Shown here one piece after another: positions 19,256 through 28,333 of a stretch of DNA of 29,583 nt (positions within the stretch are counted from its first letter, which is position 1; each line of letters opens with the position of its first letter). The position numbers were made by a program, and so were the translations under genes. The notes under the pieces are model-generated. The model did no database searches. It was not told where the DNA came from and was given only the letters and a program-made list of their open reading frames with translations. This DNA comes from an uncultured Gemmatimonadales bacterium (GTDB lineage: Bacteria > Gemmatimonadota > Gemmatimonadetes > Gemmatimonadales > GWC2-71-9): assembly GCA_963825055.1 (NCBI GenBank), contig CAWGSK010000031.1:1-29583 (forward strand), in the 5' to 3' direction.

Positions 19256-19321
19256 CTTCAAACTTTCCGCACACATCCGCAACGCCCCCGCCACCGGTGT
19301 CGGGCCTTTCCGTGATAACGT
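19256..19321 (+). promoter_or_regulatory. Candidate OmpR-type direct repeats and extended -10 upstream of the rhodanese genes
   Basis: CTTCAAACTTTCC, then TCCGCA at 19266 and 19276 (10-bp period). TGaTAACGT lies at 19313-19321. Confidence 0.5.
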
Positions 19322-19350
19322 GGACTCCGACCCAGCCATCGGAGCCGTCC

Positions 19351-20283
19351 GTGACCTCGCCGTTTGCCGCCATTCCCCTTGCCCTCGCCCTGTTCAGCGC
19401 CGGCCGGGAGGTGCCCCCTCGACACGAGCCTTTTCCCCGGCCGCTCGTCACGGCGACGTGGCTTCGTAGCCACCTCGACGATCCGGACCTGGTGATCCTG
19501 CACGTGTCCGCGGGCCCGGCGGCTTGGATCCGCGGACATGTCCCGGGGGCCCGGTGGCTTGACTACCACTCCATTCTCAGCGACTCGACAGGCCTGGCAG
19601 TGGAGATCCCACCCGTGCCCGACCTCGTCAGGGCCTTCCGGCTCGCCGGGCTCGAGGACGGGCGCCGGGTGGTGCTGTACGGCGACATCCTCCCGGTGAT
19701 GCGCGCCTGGCTGACGCTCGACGTCCTCGGGCTCGCGGGGCGCGCCGCAGTGCTGGACGGTGGCCTCGAGGCGTGGGTTGCCGACGGCGGTCCTGTCGAA
19801 AGGGAAGCGACAGCGGATTCCGTCCCGATCGGCGGGAGGTTGACGGTCCATCCCTCGTCCGGCCGCATCGTGGACGCGGAGTGGGTGCGTCGGAGGATGC
19901 ATGACCCGCGAACCTTACTGCTCGATGTCCGGCCTGATGACGAATACACGGGTGACGACGCAGGACATGGTATGCACCTCGCCGGTCACATTCCGGGCGC
20001 CGTCCAGGTCAGGTGGGAGGACCTGGTGGGTGGTGACGGCCGGCTCCTCCCGGCGCCGGCCCTGCGCCATCGGCTGGCTGCACTGGGGGCCGACGGGGCG
20101 GAGCATGTAGTCGTGTATTGCATGGTCGGCCTGCGCGCGAGTCTCGTGTACTTCGTTGCCCGGATGCTGGATCTCCACGTGCGTTTCTACGACGGAAGCT
20201 GGGAGGACTGGAGCAACCGGCAGTACCCGGTTGAGGCCGGCCGCCCTTCTCCCCCGGCGGCTCCCCGCCAGTCCTGTCTCTGA
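19351..20283 (+). CDS. Tandem-domain rhodanese/sulfurtransferase, possibly exported
   Basis: GTG after GGAG and a hydrophobic N-terminus. GHVPGA, LDGG, GHIPGA, catalytic loop YCMVGLR and YDGSWEDW. Confidence 0.9.
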   Translation: MTSPFAAIPLALALFSAGREVPPRHEPFPRPLVTATWLRSHLDDPDLVILHVSAGPAAWIRGHVPGARWLDYHSILSDSTGLAVEIPPVPDLVRAFRLAGLEDGRRVVLYGDILPVMRAWLTLDVLGLAGRAAVLDGGLEAWVADGGPVEREATADSVPIGGRLTVHPSSGRIVDAEWVRRRMHDPRTLLLDVRPDDEYTGDDAGHGMHLAGHIPGAVQVRWEDLVGGDGRLLPAPALRHRLAALGADGAEHVVVYCMVGLRASLVYFVARMLDLHVRFYDGSWEDWSNRQYPVEAGRPSPPAAPRQSCL

Positions 20284-20298
20284 CCTAAGGAGTTTCTC

Positions 20299-21996
20299 AT
20301 GGCTGTCCTGCTGACGCTCGCCCTGACCGCAGCCCTTGCCTTCCCTCCCGGTGCCCCGCCCGCAGCGCCCGTGGTGGATGCCGCGTGGCTGAGGGAGCAT
20401 GTGAGTGATGCCAACATTGTCCTGCTGCACGTCGGCCCCGCAGCGCGATACGCTGAGGCCCACATTCCCGGCGCCCGCTACACCACCATGTCCGGGCTGT
20501 CTACGAGCTCGGAGAGTCGCTCCCTCGAGCTCCCGCCACTGGCCCAGCTCGACTCGACCCTGGAGTCCCTCGGGATTTCGGACGACAGCCGGATCGTGCT
20601 CTACTGGGACCAGGGCTGGGTCACTCCGACCACGCGGACCTGGTTGACCCTGGACCGCGTCGGGCTTGGCGATCGGGTATCCATCCTCGACGGGGGTCTG
20701 GACGCGTGGCGCGCCGCCGGCGGCGCGGTCACCTCCGAAGCGCCGGCGACTGCCAGGCCCGGGCACCTCACGCCCCACCTGCGAGAGGTCACGGTAGAGG
20801 CGAAGTACGTTGCCGCCCACCTGCGCGATGCGAAGGTGACGATCGTGGATGCGCGAACGCCGCAGTTCTACGACGGCAGCGATGCCGGCGGCCAGCCCAG
20901 GCCCGGCCACATTCCCGGCGCCCGGAACGTGCCGTACGTCAGTTTTGTCGACGAGACCGACCATTTCCTGCCCGAGGACCAGGTCCGGCGGCTCTTCGCA
21001 AAGGCGGGGGTCACTGGCGAAGGCCGGGTAGTGGTCTACTGCCACATCGGTCAGCAGGCGACCCTCGCCTACTTCAGCGCCCGCCGACTCGGCTACGACG
21101 TCCGGCTGTACGACGGATCTTTCGAGGAGTGGAGCAGGCTGGATGACGAGCCAGTGGTGCAGCTGAAGCAGGCCCGGGCGCGGCTCATGACCACGGAGCA
21201 CCTCGCCCGCATGGTAAGCATCCCGGAGTGGAAGGTCACCGTCATCGATGCGCGCAGTGACCTGGGCGCGTACCTCGAGGGGCACATTCCCGGCGCCGTG
21301 TTCCTTCACAACGAGACGCTCCGGTGGACCGGCAACGGTGTCCCCGCAGACCTCCTGCCCGCCGAGTCGTATCGCGCGCTGTTCGAGCGGCTGGGCGTCC
21401 GGCGTGACCGGCCGGTCGTGATCTACAGTGCCGGTGACCAGGCTGACTTTCACGCGTCATTCATTGCCTGGCTGCTGCGTGGATTCGGCCACCCGCAGGT
21501 CTACCTTCTGGACGGTGGACTGGTGAAGTGGAAGGCGGAGCAACGGCCGGTCACGCAGGAATATCCTGTGGTCGAGGGTGGCTCACTGGCCGGGAAGCCC
21601 TTCGCGCCCGCGCTGGTGGGAACGGAGGAGGTGCACCGGGCCGTGACCAGCAGGTCTGCCGTGCTGGTGGATGCTCGGCCGCCGGCGCAGTACACCGGGC
21701 AGGCAGGCCCGCAGATGCGGCGTGGGCACATTCCCGGCGCGATCAGTCACCCCTGGATCGGTGACCTGCAGGGCGCCGATGGCCAATGGGCATGGAAGAA
21801 GGTGGAGGCGTTGAAAGCGGCCTATGCGGCCCAGGGGGTCACGCCGGACCACGAGATCATCGTGTACTGCAATACGGGCACGGAGGCCAGCCACCTGTAT
21901 TTCGCCCTGAGCGAACTGCTGGAATACCCGCGCGTTCGGGTTTACGTGCCAAGCTGGACGGCATGGGCGGCTGATCAGGGGTTGCCCGTGGAATAG
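20299..21996 (+). CDS. Four-domain rhodanese/sulfurtransferase (two fused tandem units) with a signal-peptide-like N-terminus
   Basis: TAAGGAG RBS and MAVLLTLALTAALA. HIPGA occurs four times. Catalytic loops are YCHIGQQ (domain 2) and YCNTGTE (domain 4), followed by YDGSFEEW and YVPSWTAW. Confidence 0.92.
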   Translation: MAVLLTLALTAALAFPPGAPPAAPVVDAAWLREHVSDANIVLLHVGPAARYAEAHIPGARYTTMSGLSTSSESRSLELPPLAQLDSTLESLGISDDSRIVLYWDQGWVTPTTRTWLTLDRVGLGDRVSILDGGLDAWRAAGGAVTSEAPATARPGHLTPHLREVTVEAKYVAAHLRDAKVTIVDARTPQFYDGSDAGGQPRPGHIPGARNVPYVSFVDETDHFLPEDQVRRLFAKAGVTGEGRVVVYCHIGQQATLAYFSARRLGYDVRLYDGSFEEWSRLDDEPVVQLKQARARLMTTEHLARMVSIPEWKVTVIDARSDLGAYLEGHIPGAVFLHNETLRWTGNGVPADLLPAESYRALFERLGVRRDRPVVIYSAGDQADFHASFIAWLLRGFGHPQVYLLDGGLVKWKAEQRPVTQEYPVVEGGSLAGKPFAPALVGTEEVHRAVTSRSAVLVDARPPAQYTGQAGPQMRRGHIPGAISHPWIGDLQGADGQWAWKKVEALKAAYAAQGVTPDHEIIVYCNTGTEASHLYFALSELLEYPRVRVYVPSWTAWAADQGLPVE

Positions 21997-22002
21997 CTGG
22001 AG

Positions 22003-22089
22003 GGGAAGAGGGAACAGGCAGGAGGGAACAGGGACAGGGGCTGGTCAATCCGGCGGTCTCCCGCTTTCTGTTGCCTGTTCCCTCTTCCC
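22003..22089. repeat. GGGAACA-type heptamer arrays forming a perfect 18-bp inverted repeat between convergent genes
   Basis: GGGAAGAGGGAACAGGCA (22003-22020) and TGCCTGTTCCCTCTTCCC (22072-22089), with a 51-nt spacer containing further units. Confidence 0.9.
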
Positions 22090-22460
22090 TACCTCTTGCT
22101 CAGCACCGCCACCCCGAGGCAAATCCATCCCGCCAGGAAAGCGAGGCCCCCAAACGGCGTGACCATACCGAGGCTGCGCTGGCCGCTCAGGGCGAGAGCA
22201 TAGAGGCTGCCGCTGAAGAGGACCGTCCCCACGACGAACAGCCATCCGGCGGCGGGGCCTGCGGGGCTGGTCCAGCGGGTGAGCGCCCAGGCGACCGCGA
22301 ACAGGGCCAGGGCGTGGTACATCTGGTACCGTGCGCCGGTCTCGAAGGCCTGGAGCAGGTCGTCGGAGAGGCGTGCCTTCAACGCGTGGGCGGCGAAGGC
22401 ACCGGCGGCGACGGCAACGAAGGCGGAGAACGCCCCGAGGGCGGCAAAGACTCTGGTCAT
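22089..22460 (-). CDS. DUF423 (YgdD/TMEM256) membrane protein
   Basis: GAFAAHALK, FETGARYQMYHALAL, LFSGSLY and TPFGG...GW. Confidence 0.92.
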   Translation of the reverse strand: MTRVFAALGAFSAFVAVAAGAFAAHALKARLSDDLLQAFETGARYQMYHALALFAVAWALTRWTSPAGPAAGWLFVVGTVLFSGSLYALALSGQRSLGMVTPFGGLAFLAGWICLGVAVLSKR

Positions 22461-22476
22461 GGCAGGTCTCGTCAGG

Positions 22477-23148
22477 TCAGCGCACCGGCGCGGGTCGGTC
22501 GGCCCAGGCGGCGAGGGCCGCGAGACCGAGGAGCAGGACGATGGCCGATATGCCGAGCACCGTCACGTTGTCCGGCGGCAGGGCCATGAAGCCTGAGAGG
22601 TACAGGCCGACCATGACAACGACCAGGGTCGTGATGCGCCACGGCCGCGGGTGGATCCGCCTGGAAGGAGCGGTGAGATAGAGGAGGAGTCCCGCCGCCA
22701 GGGTGAGCAGCTCGGCAGCAATGCTGAGCGGCAGGTTCTGCCAGAGACCAAGGCCCACACGGGTGGATTCCGTCCCGGCGAGCGGCAGGTCACGGACGTG
22801 GACGATCAGGTCGAGGAACCAGTGTGAGGCGACGGCCACCGCGATCAGCATCGCGGCACGGGCATGATGCCGGCTGGTGTCCCGGGTCGGGAGGCTGTAG
22901 GCTACCGCGCCGGCGACGACCGCCCAGCACAGGGCGGCGAGCAGGCTGTGCGAGAGGGGGTAGTCGGTGAATACCAGGGGTGACGAGGCGGTGAATCCCG
23001 GTTCCACTCGCACGTGCTCCCAGCCGAGGAGCAGGAAGACCCCCCACAACAGGTCCACCAGCTGGACTGCCAGGAAGAGCGACCCGAGCGAGAGCTTGGG
23101 GTCAGCACGCTTCAGCCCGAAGGCGATGCCGTAGTGCCCGACGAACAT
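22477..23148 (-). CDS. Membrane-bound putative metal-dependent hydrolase (YdjM-like)
   Basis: MFVGH, QLVD, SHSL and SHWFLD motifs with multiple TM helices. GGAGG RBS. Confidence 0.75.
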   Translation of the reverse strand: MFVGHYGIAFGLKRADPKLSLGSLFLAVQLVDLLWGVFLLLGWEHVRVEPGFTASSPLVFTDYPLSHSLLAALCWAVVAGAVAYSLPTRDTSRHHARAAMLIAVAVASHWFLDLIVHVRDLPLAGTESTRVGLGLWQNLPLSIAAELLTLAAGLLLYLTAPSRRIHPRPWRITTLVVVMVGLYLSGFMALPPDNVTVLGISAIVLLLGLAALAAWADRPAPVR

Positions 23149-23160
23149 GGATCCTCCACA

Positions 23161-23314
23161 GGCTGACAGGCGGTCAAACGGACAAGGCGGACAGGGCGGA
23201 CAGGACGGTCAGGGCGGTCAGGACGGTCAGGGCGGTCAGGACGGTCGCGCGATTCAACGACTCAACGACTCAACGACTTACGCTCTCCCGATCCCCGATC
23301 CCCGATCCCCAATA
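23161..23314. repeat. Composite intergenic tandem array of 9-mers, 8-mers and 7-mers
   Basis: CGG(A/T)CAGG(G/A)-type x7 plus a partial unit (23179-23246), TCAACGAC x3 (23254-23277), and CCCGATC x3 plus CCCAATA (23287-23314). Confidence 0.92.
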
Positions 23315-23317
23315 TCC

Positions 23318-24133
23318 CTACCGTCCCGTTCCCGCCAGCCACGATCCTCCATCCACGACGAAGATGGCTCCGGTGATCCAGTCCCCGGCGGGGCTGGCGA
23401 GATAGGTGACCATCTGGCCGATGTCCTCCGGCTTTCCCCAGCGGCCGGCCGGGATGCCCTTGCGCGCGTTCTCCTCCGAGAAGATATCCCGGGCCGGGTC
23501 GACCCCCGGCTTCGCAAAGGCCTTGAGCACGCCTTCGGTCGGTATCGGCCCGGGGGCGATCGCGTTCACCCTGATCCCGGCGGGCGCCCATTCGAGCGCG
23601 AGGGTCCGGGTCAGGGCGTCCACGCCAGCCTTTGCCGCTGTCGCGTGCGCCATCATGGGCCAGCCGCGGTAGTGGAGCGTCATCGAGATCGATACGATCC
23701 GGCCGCCGCCCTGCGACTGCATCACCTCGTACACGGCCTGTGAGCAGTAGAACGTACCGTAGAGGTCGGTCTCGACCACGGCGCGCCACGCATTGGGCGA
23801 GAGCGTCGCGGAGGGTGCGTAGAAGTTGCCGGCGGCGTTGTTGACCAGGATATCGATCCGGCCGTAATCCTCCATGACCTGCTGTACCGTCCGCTGGACC
23901 GTCTCGGGTTCCCGGACATTGGTCTCCACCGCCCCGATCCGAGTTCCGTAGCGGCGCAGCTCCTCGACCGCCGGCGCCAGGTGTTCCGGGCGGCGGCTGG
24001 TAATGACCACGTCCGCTCCCGCCTGGGCGAGAGACTCAGAGATGCCACGCCCGATCCCCGTGCCGCCTCCGGTCACCAAGGCGACCTGCCCGTTCAGCAG
24101 GTCGGGGCGGAAGATCGATTCCTCCGGGCTCAC
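23318..24133 (-). CDS. SDR oxidoreductase, 2,4-dienoyl-CoA reductase-like (DECR2/Bacillus FadH type)
   Basis: [27 protein letters not shown] (no catalytic Tyr, as in this subfamily) and VNAIAPGPI. The GTG start overlaps the fabI TGA. Confidence 0.85.
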   Translation of the reverse strand: MSPEESIFRPDLLNGQVALVTGGGTGIGRGISESLAQAGADVVITSRRPEHLAPAVEELRRYGTRIGAVETNVREPETVQRTVQQVMEDYGRIDILVNNAAGNFYAPSATLSPNAWRAVVETDLYGTFYCSQAVYEVMQSQGGGRIVSISMTLHYRGWPMMAHATAAKAGVDALTRTLALEWAPAGIRVNAIAPGPIPTEGVLKAFAKPGVDPARDIFSEENARKGIPAGRWGKPEDIGQMVTYLASPAGDWITGAIFVVDGGSWLAGTGR

Positions 24134-25035
24134 TCCGGCTGCTCCAGTCCGCTCACCGCCATGCCCATCGAGTGATAACCGTTGTCCACGTATACCACGG
24201 TCCCGGTAATGGCCGCCGCCAGCGGGCTGGACAGGAACGCCGCCGTGTTCCCGACATCGGTCGCCTCGAAGTCGCGCGTCAGCGGGGAGTTGACCTTCGA
24301 GTAGTGAATCATGGTATCGATGAAGCCGATCGCGCTGGCGGCCCGGGACGCCCATGGCCCGGCGGAGATGGCGTTTACCCTGACCCCGTGACGGCGCCCG
24401 GCTTCGTAGGCCAGGGTGCGGGTGTCTGATTCCAGCGCGGCCTTCGCGGTGGACATGCCGCCGCCATAGCCCGGGATGACACGTTCGCCGGCCATGTAGG
24501 TCAGGGAGAGGAACGTGCCGCCAGGCCGCATGAGGGGGCTCAGTTCCCTCACCATGGCCACGTTGCTGTACGCACTCACGCTGATGGCCGAGAGGTAACC
24601 GGCGCGACTCGTGTCCATCAACGGTTTCTTCACTTCCGGTCCATTGGCGAGGCTGTGCACGACGATATCGAGCCCCTGGTCCCCGAAGTCCTCGCGCAGC
24701 CGAGTGACCATCCCCTGGATGGTGAAGTCGCCCTGCTCCGTGTAACGCTTGTTTTCCCGGACATCGGCGGGGACGTCCTCCATGCGGTCCCAGGCGGCGT
24801 CCAGCGGGTAGATACGCTCGAACTCCATCCGGCGACCACCGGACAGCTGCAGGGACTCATCCATCTTCCCCCGCTCCAGGAGCTTGGTAAAGATCCCCAG
24901 GGCCGGCGGCCAGCTGGCGACGCAGATGCTCGCGCCCGCTTCGGCGAGGGCCTTCGCGATGGCGAACCCAAAGCCCCCGTCGTCACTGACGCCGGCGACC
25001 AGTGCCCGCTTGCCGCTGAGATCGATGGACAGCAT
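24130..25035 (-). CDS. fabI: Enoyl-ACP reductase, plant/chlamydial type
   Basis: [49 protein letters not shown] and [25 protein letters not shown] before the ATG at 25035. Confidence 0.92.
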   Translation of the reverse strand: MLSIDLSGKRALVAGVSDDGGFGFAIAKALAEAGASICVASWPPALGIFTKLLERGKMDESLQLSGGRRMEFERIYPLDAAWDRMEDVPADVRENKRYTEQGDFTIQGMVTRLREDFGDQGLDIVVHSLANGPEVKKPLMDTSRAGYLSAISVSAYSNVAMVRELSPLMRPGGTFLSLTYMAGERVIPGYGGGMSTAKAALESDTRTLAYEAGRRHGVRVNAISAGPWASRAASAIGFIDTMIHYSKVNSPLTRDFEATDVGNTAAFLSSPLAAAITGTVVYVDNGYHSMGMAVSGLEQPE

Positions 25036-25105
25036 GCACGTCTCCAGGAAGGAAAGAGGATGCGGAAAGGTACTGTCGGCGTCACGGCGACGGAACGGCC
25101 GGCCG

Positions 25106-27649
25106 CTACTCCGTGCGGAGCACTTCCAGCGGTGTGCGCCGCAGGACCTCCCCGCTGTTCCAGAGCCCGGTGAGGGTCGTGACGGCGAGGATGGCGGCCG
25201 CCAGCAGGCTGAACGCCCCCCAGGGCACGGTGAACGCGGAATCGAACACGAACCGCACCAGTGCCCAGGCGGCGGCTGTGGCGAGGACCATTCCGACCAG
25301 GATCGCGAGCACGCCCAGGCTGCCGAATTCCACGAGCATGACCCGGAGCACCTGCCCCCGGGTGGCACCCAGAGCCCGGAGCAGCACTCCTTCCCGGAGG
25401 CGCTGCCACCGGCTCGTCGCCATCGCGCCAACAAGCACGATGGCGCCCGTCACGAGGCTGAAGATCGCCATGAACCGGATGGCCCAGGAGACACGACCCA
25501 GCAGGCCTTCAATGGTTGCCTGGACCTGCCGGATGTCGATGGATGCGACGTTCGGGAAGCGCTCGACCACGGCGCGCTGGATCCGTCCCACGTCGGCGCT
25601 GTCGGCCACGCGTGTCAGCGTCACATAGGAGTGCGGGGCCGCCTCGAGAACCCCCGACGGGAAGACGACGAAGAAATTGGGCTCAAACCGGGCCCAGTCC
25701 ACCTCCCGAAGCCCGGCCACGCGCGAATGGATTACGACGCCCTGCACGTCCCAGTCCACCGGGTCTCCAACCCCGACGCCGAGGTCTCCAGCCAGTTCCA
25801 CTTCCATGGAAACGGGCACCAGGCCACCCGCTTCCTGCGTCACGGGCCACGTGCCCCCGACGGACTGCTCTGAGCGGACCAGCGTGTCGCGCCAGGTGGA
25901 GCGGTATTCCCGGCGCAGCGCCCAGCGTTCCGGACGGTCTTCGCCGCGCGTGGTGTCCGCCAGCCATTCGGTGACACTGCGCCCCCGGATATTCGCAATC
26001 CGCATGGGGACGATGGGTACGGGTGTCTCGATCCGGAGTCCCTCCACCTGGAGGAGGGAATCGACACCCTCGCGCTGGTTCGGCTGGATGTCGAAGAGCA
26101 CCAGGTTCGGCCGGCCGCCGCCCCCGAGACGAAGCTCCCTCAGGAGGTTCTGCTGCACCAGGAACAGCGTGGCAAGGAGGAATGCCCCGAACCCGAGCGC
26201 GAGCACGACCATGAGCGTCTGGTTCGCCGGGCGATAGAGGTTGGCGATACCCTGCCGCCAGAGGTAGGGCAGCCGGCGCGGAAACCAGCGGCGCACCAGC
26301 CGCACCAGACCGAAGGCGGTCAGGCCCAGGAGGCCCAGGACGATCCCGATGCCCAGGGCGAAACCGATCCCGGTCTGCCAGCGGTCGGCCTGGAGCATGG
26401 CCAGCCCGGTCACGCTCACCGCAATCAGCACCCGGAGGGCCACGCGCCACAGGTCGCGGCGGCCGAGTCTGCCGGGGTCGACCTCGCGCAGCGCGGCCAG
26501 GGGCGGTACGTGCCGGACCGACAGCAGGGGCAGGAGCGAGAAGACGAACGCGACCCACGCACCGATCGCGAGACCCATCAGGACGGCGGGCCAGGATGGC
26601 GTACCGCTCACCGCCACCGGCAGGAAGTCGGCGAGAACGCGCGGGAGCAGGCCCTGAAGCAGTACCCCGAGCCCGACGCCCGCCGCGCTGCCCAGGATAC
26701 CCATGGCCAGCGCCTGAATCAGGTAGATGGCGATGACCTGCCGGGCGGTGGCGCCGAGGCAACGGAGGATCGCGACGATGGTGAGCTTGCGCCGGATGAA
26801 TACGTGGACCGCGCTCGCAACGCCCAGGCCGCCGAGCAGCAGCGCGATCAGGGCGACCAGGCCCAGGTAGCTGCTCAGGCGGGTAAGGGCGTCGGTGAGG
26901 TTCTCCTGGTTTTCCTGCGCGGTCCGGACGCGAAGTCCCTCGGGACGGAAGCGGTCACGCAGGTTGTCCGCAAGCGTGGCAGCGTTCGCCGTCGCGGGAA
27001 GGCGGAAATACAGCGCGCGCTCCACCCGGGAGCCGAACTGCAGGAGTCCGGTCTCCTCAACACGGGACGCGCTGATCCATACTCGCGGTCCGAAGAGCGC
27101 CCGGATGCCGGCATCGCCCGGCATCCGCGTTACGGTGCCGACGATACGGAACCGGGCGTTTCCCAGCGAGACGGTGTCGCCCAGCCTGGCCTCGAGGCTG
27201 GTGAGCAGGGCCGGGTCGGCCAGAATGCTGTGGCCATCCGCCAGGGACCGCCAGGCGCCGGCGGGCTCCGTGACCACGTCGCCATAGAACGGATAGCCCC
27301 CGCCGATGGCGTTCACCTCCACAAGCCGGGCACCCGTTGTGCCGGGTACGTACGCCATGGCGGAGAAGGAAGTGACCTCGGCGCGATCGGCCGCCTCCCC
27401 CGCCATGGCTGAGTCGAGCTGCGCGACCAGCTCGGGAGAGATCACCGTCCGCGAGGTCACGCCGAGGTCGGCGCCATAGAGGGAGCGCGTTTCGCGGGCC
27501 AGCGCGCCACGGAGGTTTGCCGTGAAGCCGTTGATGGCGACCAGCGCCGCGACCCCGACGGAGATCGCGCTCATCAGGAGGACGAGCCGTCGCCGTGACG
27601 CCCGGCTTTCCCGGAGCGCCATGCGGAGCAGGAACCGGAATGACGTCAC
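25106..27649 (-). CDS. ybbP: ABC transporter permease, YbbP-like (MacB/FtsX type VII, duplicated)
   Basis: Two MacB/FtsX halves ([15 protein letters not shown]) with NLVLFDIQP and [11 protein letters not shown]. The GTG overlaps the ATPase stop. Confidence 0.85.
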   Translation of the reverse strand: MTSFRFLLRMALRESRASRRRLVLLMSAISVGVAALVAINGFTANLRGALARETRSLYGADLGVTSRTVISPELVAQLDSAMAGEAADRAEVTSFSAMAYVPGTTGARLVEVNAIGGGYPFYGDVVTEPAGAWRSLADGHSILADPALLTSLEARLGDTVSLGNARFRIVGTVTRMPGDAGIRALFGPRVWISASRVEETGLLQFGSRVERALYFRLPATANAATLADNLRDRFRPEGLRVRTAQENQENLTDALTRLSSYLGLVALIALLLGGLGVASAVHVFIRRKLTIVAILRCLGATARQVIAIYLIQALAMGILGSAAGVGLGVLLQGLLPRVLADFLPVAVSGTPSWPAVLMGLAIGAWVAFVFSLLPLLSVRHVPPLAALREVDPGRLGRRDLWRVALRVLIAVSVTGLAMLQADRWQTGIGFALGIGIVLGLLGLTAFGLVRLVRRWFPRRLPYLWRQGIANLYRPANQTLMVVLALGFGAFLLATLFLVQQNLLRELRLGGGGRPNLVLFDIQPNQREGVDSLLQVEGLRIETPVPIVPMRIANIRGRSVTEWLADTTRGEDRPERWALRREYRSTWRDTLVRSEQSVGGTWPVTQEAGGLVPVSMEVELAGDLGVGVGDPVDWDVQGVVIHSRVAGLREVDWARFEPNFFVVFPSGVLEAAPHSYVTLTRVADSADVGRIQRAVVERFPNVASIDIRQVQATIEGLLGRVSWAIRFMAIFSLVTGAIVLVGAMATSRWQRLREGVLLRALGATRGQVLRVMLVEFGSLGVLAILVGMVLATAAAWALVRFVFDSAFTVPWGAFSLLAAAILAVTTLTGLWNSGEVLRRTPLEVLRTE

Positions 27650-28314
27650 GTGACGGCGTCCGCCACGATGCGGCCGTCGGTCAGGCGGATCGTGCGGCGG
27701 GCACGGGCCGCCAGTTCGGGATCGTGGGTCACCAGGACCAGCGTGGTGCCGAACTCCGCGTTGAGGCCCGCCATGAGGTCGATGACCCGGGCACCGGTGA
27801 CTGTGTCGAGGTTACCTGTGGGCTCATCGGCGAAGAGGATGCGGGGCCGGTTGCTGAACGCGCGGGCGAGGGCAACCCGCTGCTGCTCGCCGCCCGAGAG
27901 CTGGGCCGGGTAGTGATGTCCCCGATCGCCCAGGCCGACCCGGTCCAGGAGCTCCGCCGCTGCCCCGGTACCGTCCTCGCCACGCAACTCGAGCGGCACC
28001 GCAATATTCTCGGCCGCCGTCAGCGTGGGAATCAGGTTGAACGACTGGAACACGAAACCGATCTTCCGCGCCCGGAGGACAGCCCGCTCGTCCTCGCCCA
28101 TCGTCGTGATGTCCTCCCCGTCAAGGAGGATCCGGCCCCGTCGGGGCAGGTCGAGCCCCGCCAGCAGGCCGAGCAGGGTGCTCTTTCCGCTTCCCGAAGG
28201 GCCCAGGATCGCGAGGAAGCCGCCATCCTCGAGGGAAAAGGAGATGTCGTGGAGGACGGTGAGTTCGTGCCCGCCCGAGAGGTAGGCCTGGGTGACGCCT
28301 TCGCACTGAATCAT
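27646..28314 (-). CDS. ybbA: ABC transporter ATP-binding protein, YbbA/LolD-like
   Basis: Walker A GPSGSGKST, GFVFQSF, LSGGEQQR, ADEPTGNLD and VTHD. I prefer the ATG at 28314 to the extended ORF. Confidence 0.9.
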   Translation of the reverse strand: MIQCEGVTQAYLSGGHELTVLHDISFSLEDGGFLAILGPSGSGKSTLLGLLAGLDLPRRGRILLDGEDITTMGEDERAVLRARKIGFVFQSFNLIPTLTAAENIAVPLELRGEDGTGAAAELLDRVGLGDRGHHYPAQLSGGEQQRVALARAFSNRPRILFADEPTGNLDTVTGARVIDLMAGLNAEFGTTLVLVTHDPELAARARRTIRLTDGRIVADAVT

Positions 28315-28333
28315 GGTTGCTATCTTACCCCGG
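28315..28333. promoter_or_regulatory. Candidate bidirectional promoter with overlapping -10 elements
   Basis: Plus strand TGc-TATCTT (28321-28326), 7 nt, ATG. Minus strand TAAGAT (28327-28322), 7 nt, ATG. No SD for either gene. Confidence 0.6.

Noticed and set aside
22003..22089. Insertion sequence or MITE call for the 18-bp inverted repeat
   Set aside because: There is no transposase, no evident target-site duplication and no second copy in the window. I kept it as a repeat only.
22089..22460. DUF423 as part of the rhodanese sulfur module
   Set aside because: It is on the opposite strand at the end of a different gene run, and nothing in the sequence links it functionally.
23161..23314. 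Possible CRISPR array
   Set aside because: The units are 7-9 bp and contiguous, with no unique spacers and no cas genes.
23620..23660. Missing YxxxK tyrosine in the SDR as a pseudogene sign
   Set aside because: Dienoyl-CoA-reductase-type SDRs normally lack this Tyr, and the frame is intact.
23147..23743. Plus-strand ORF with GQGGQD repeats
   Set aside because: The peptide repeat is just the translated 9-mer array. The rest is antisense to the SDR, and its start overlaps the start codon of the opposite-strand hydrolase.
24134..25434. ORF-track N-terminal extensions of the SDR (to 24355) and fabI (to 25434), and likewise of the ECF, ybbA and TPR genes
   Set aside because: The extensions overlap neighbouring genes or promoters. 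Family homology and RBS or stop-start overlaps point to the shorter starts.
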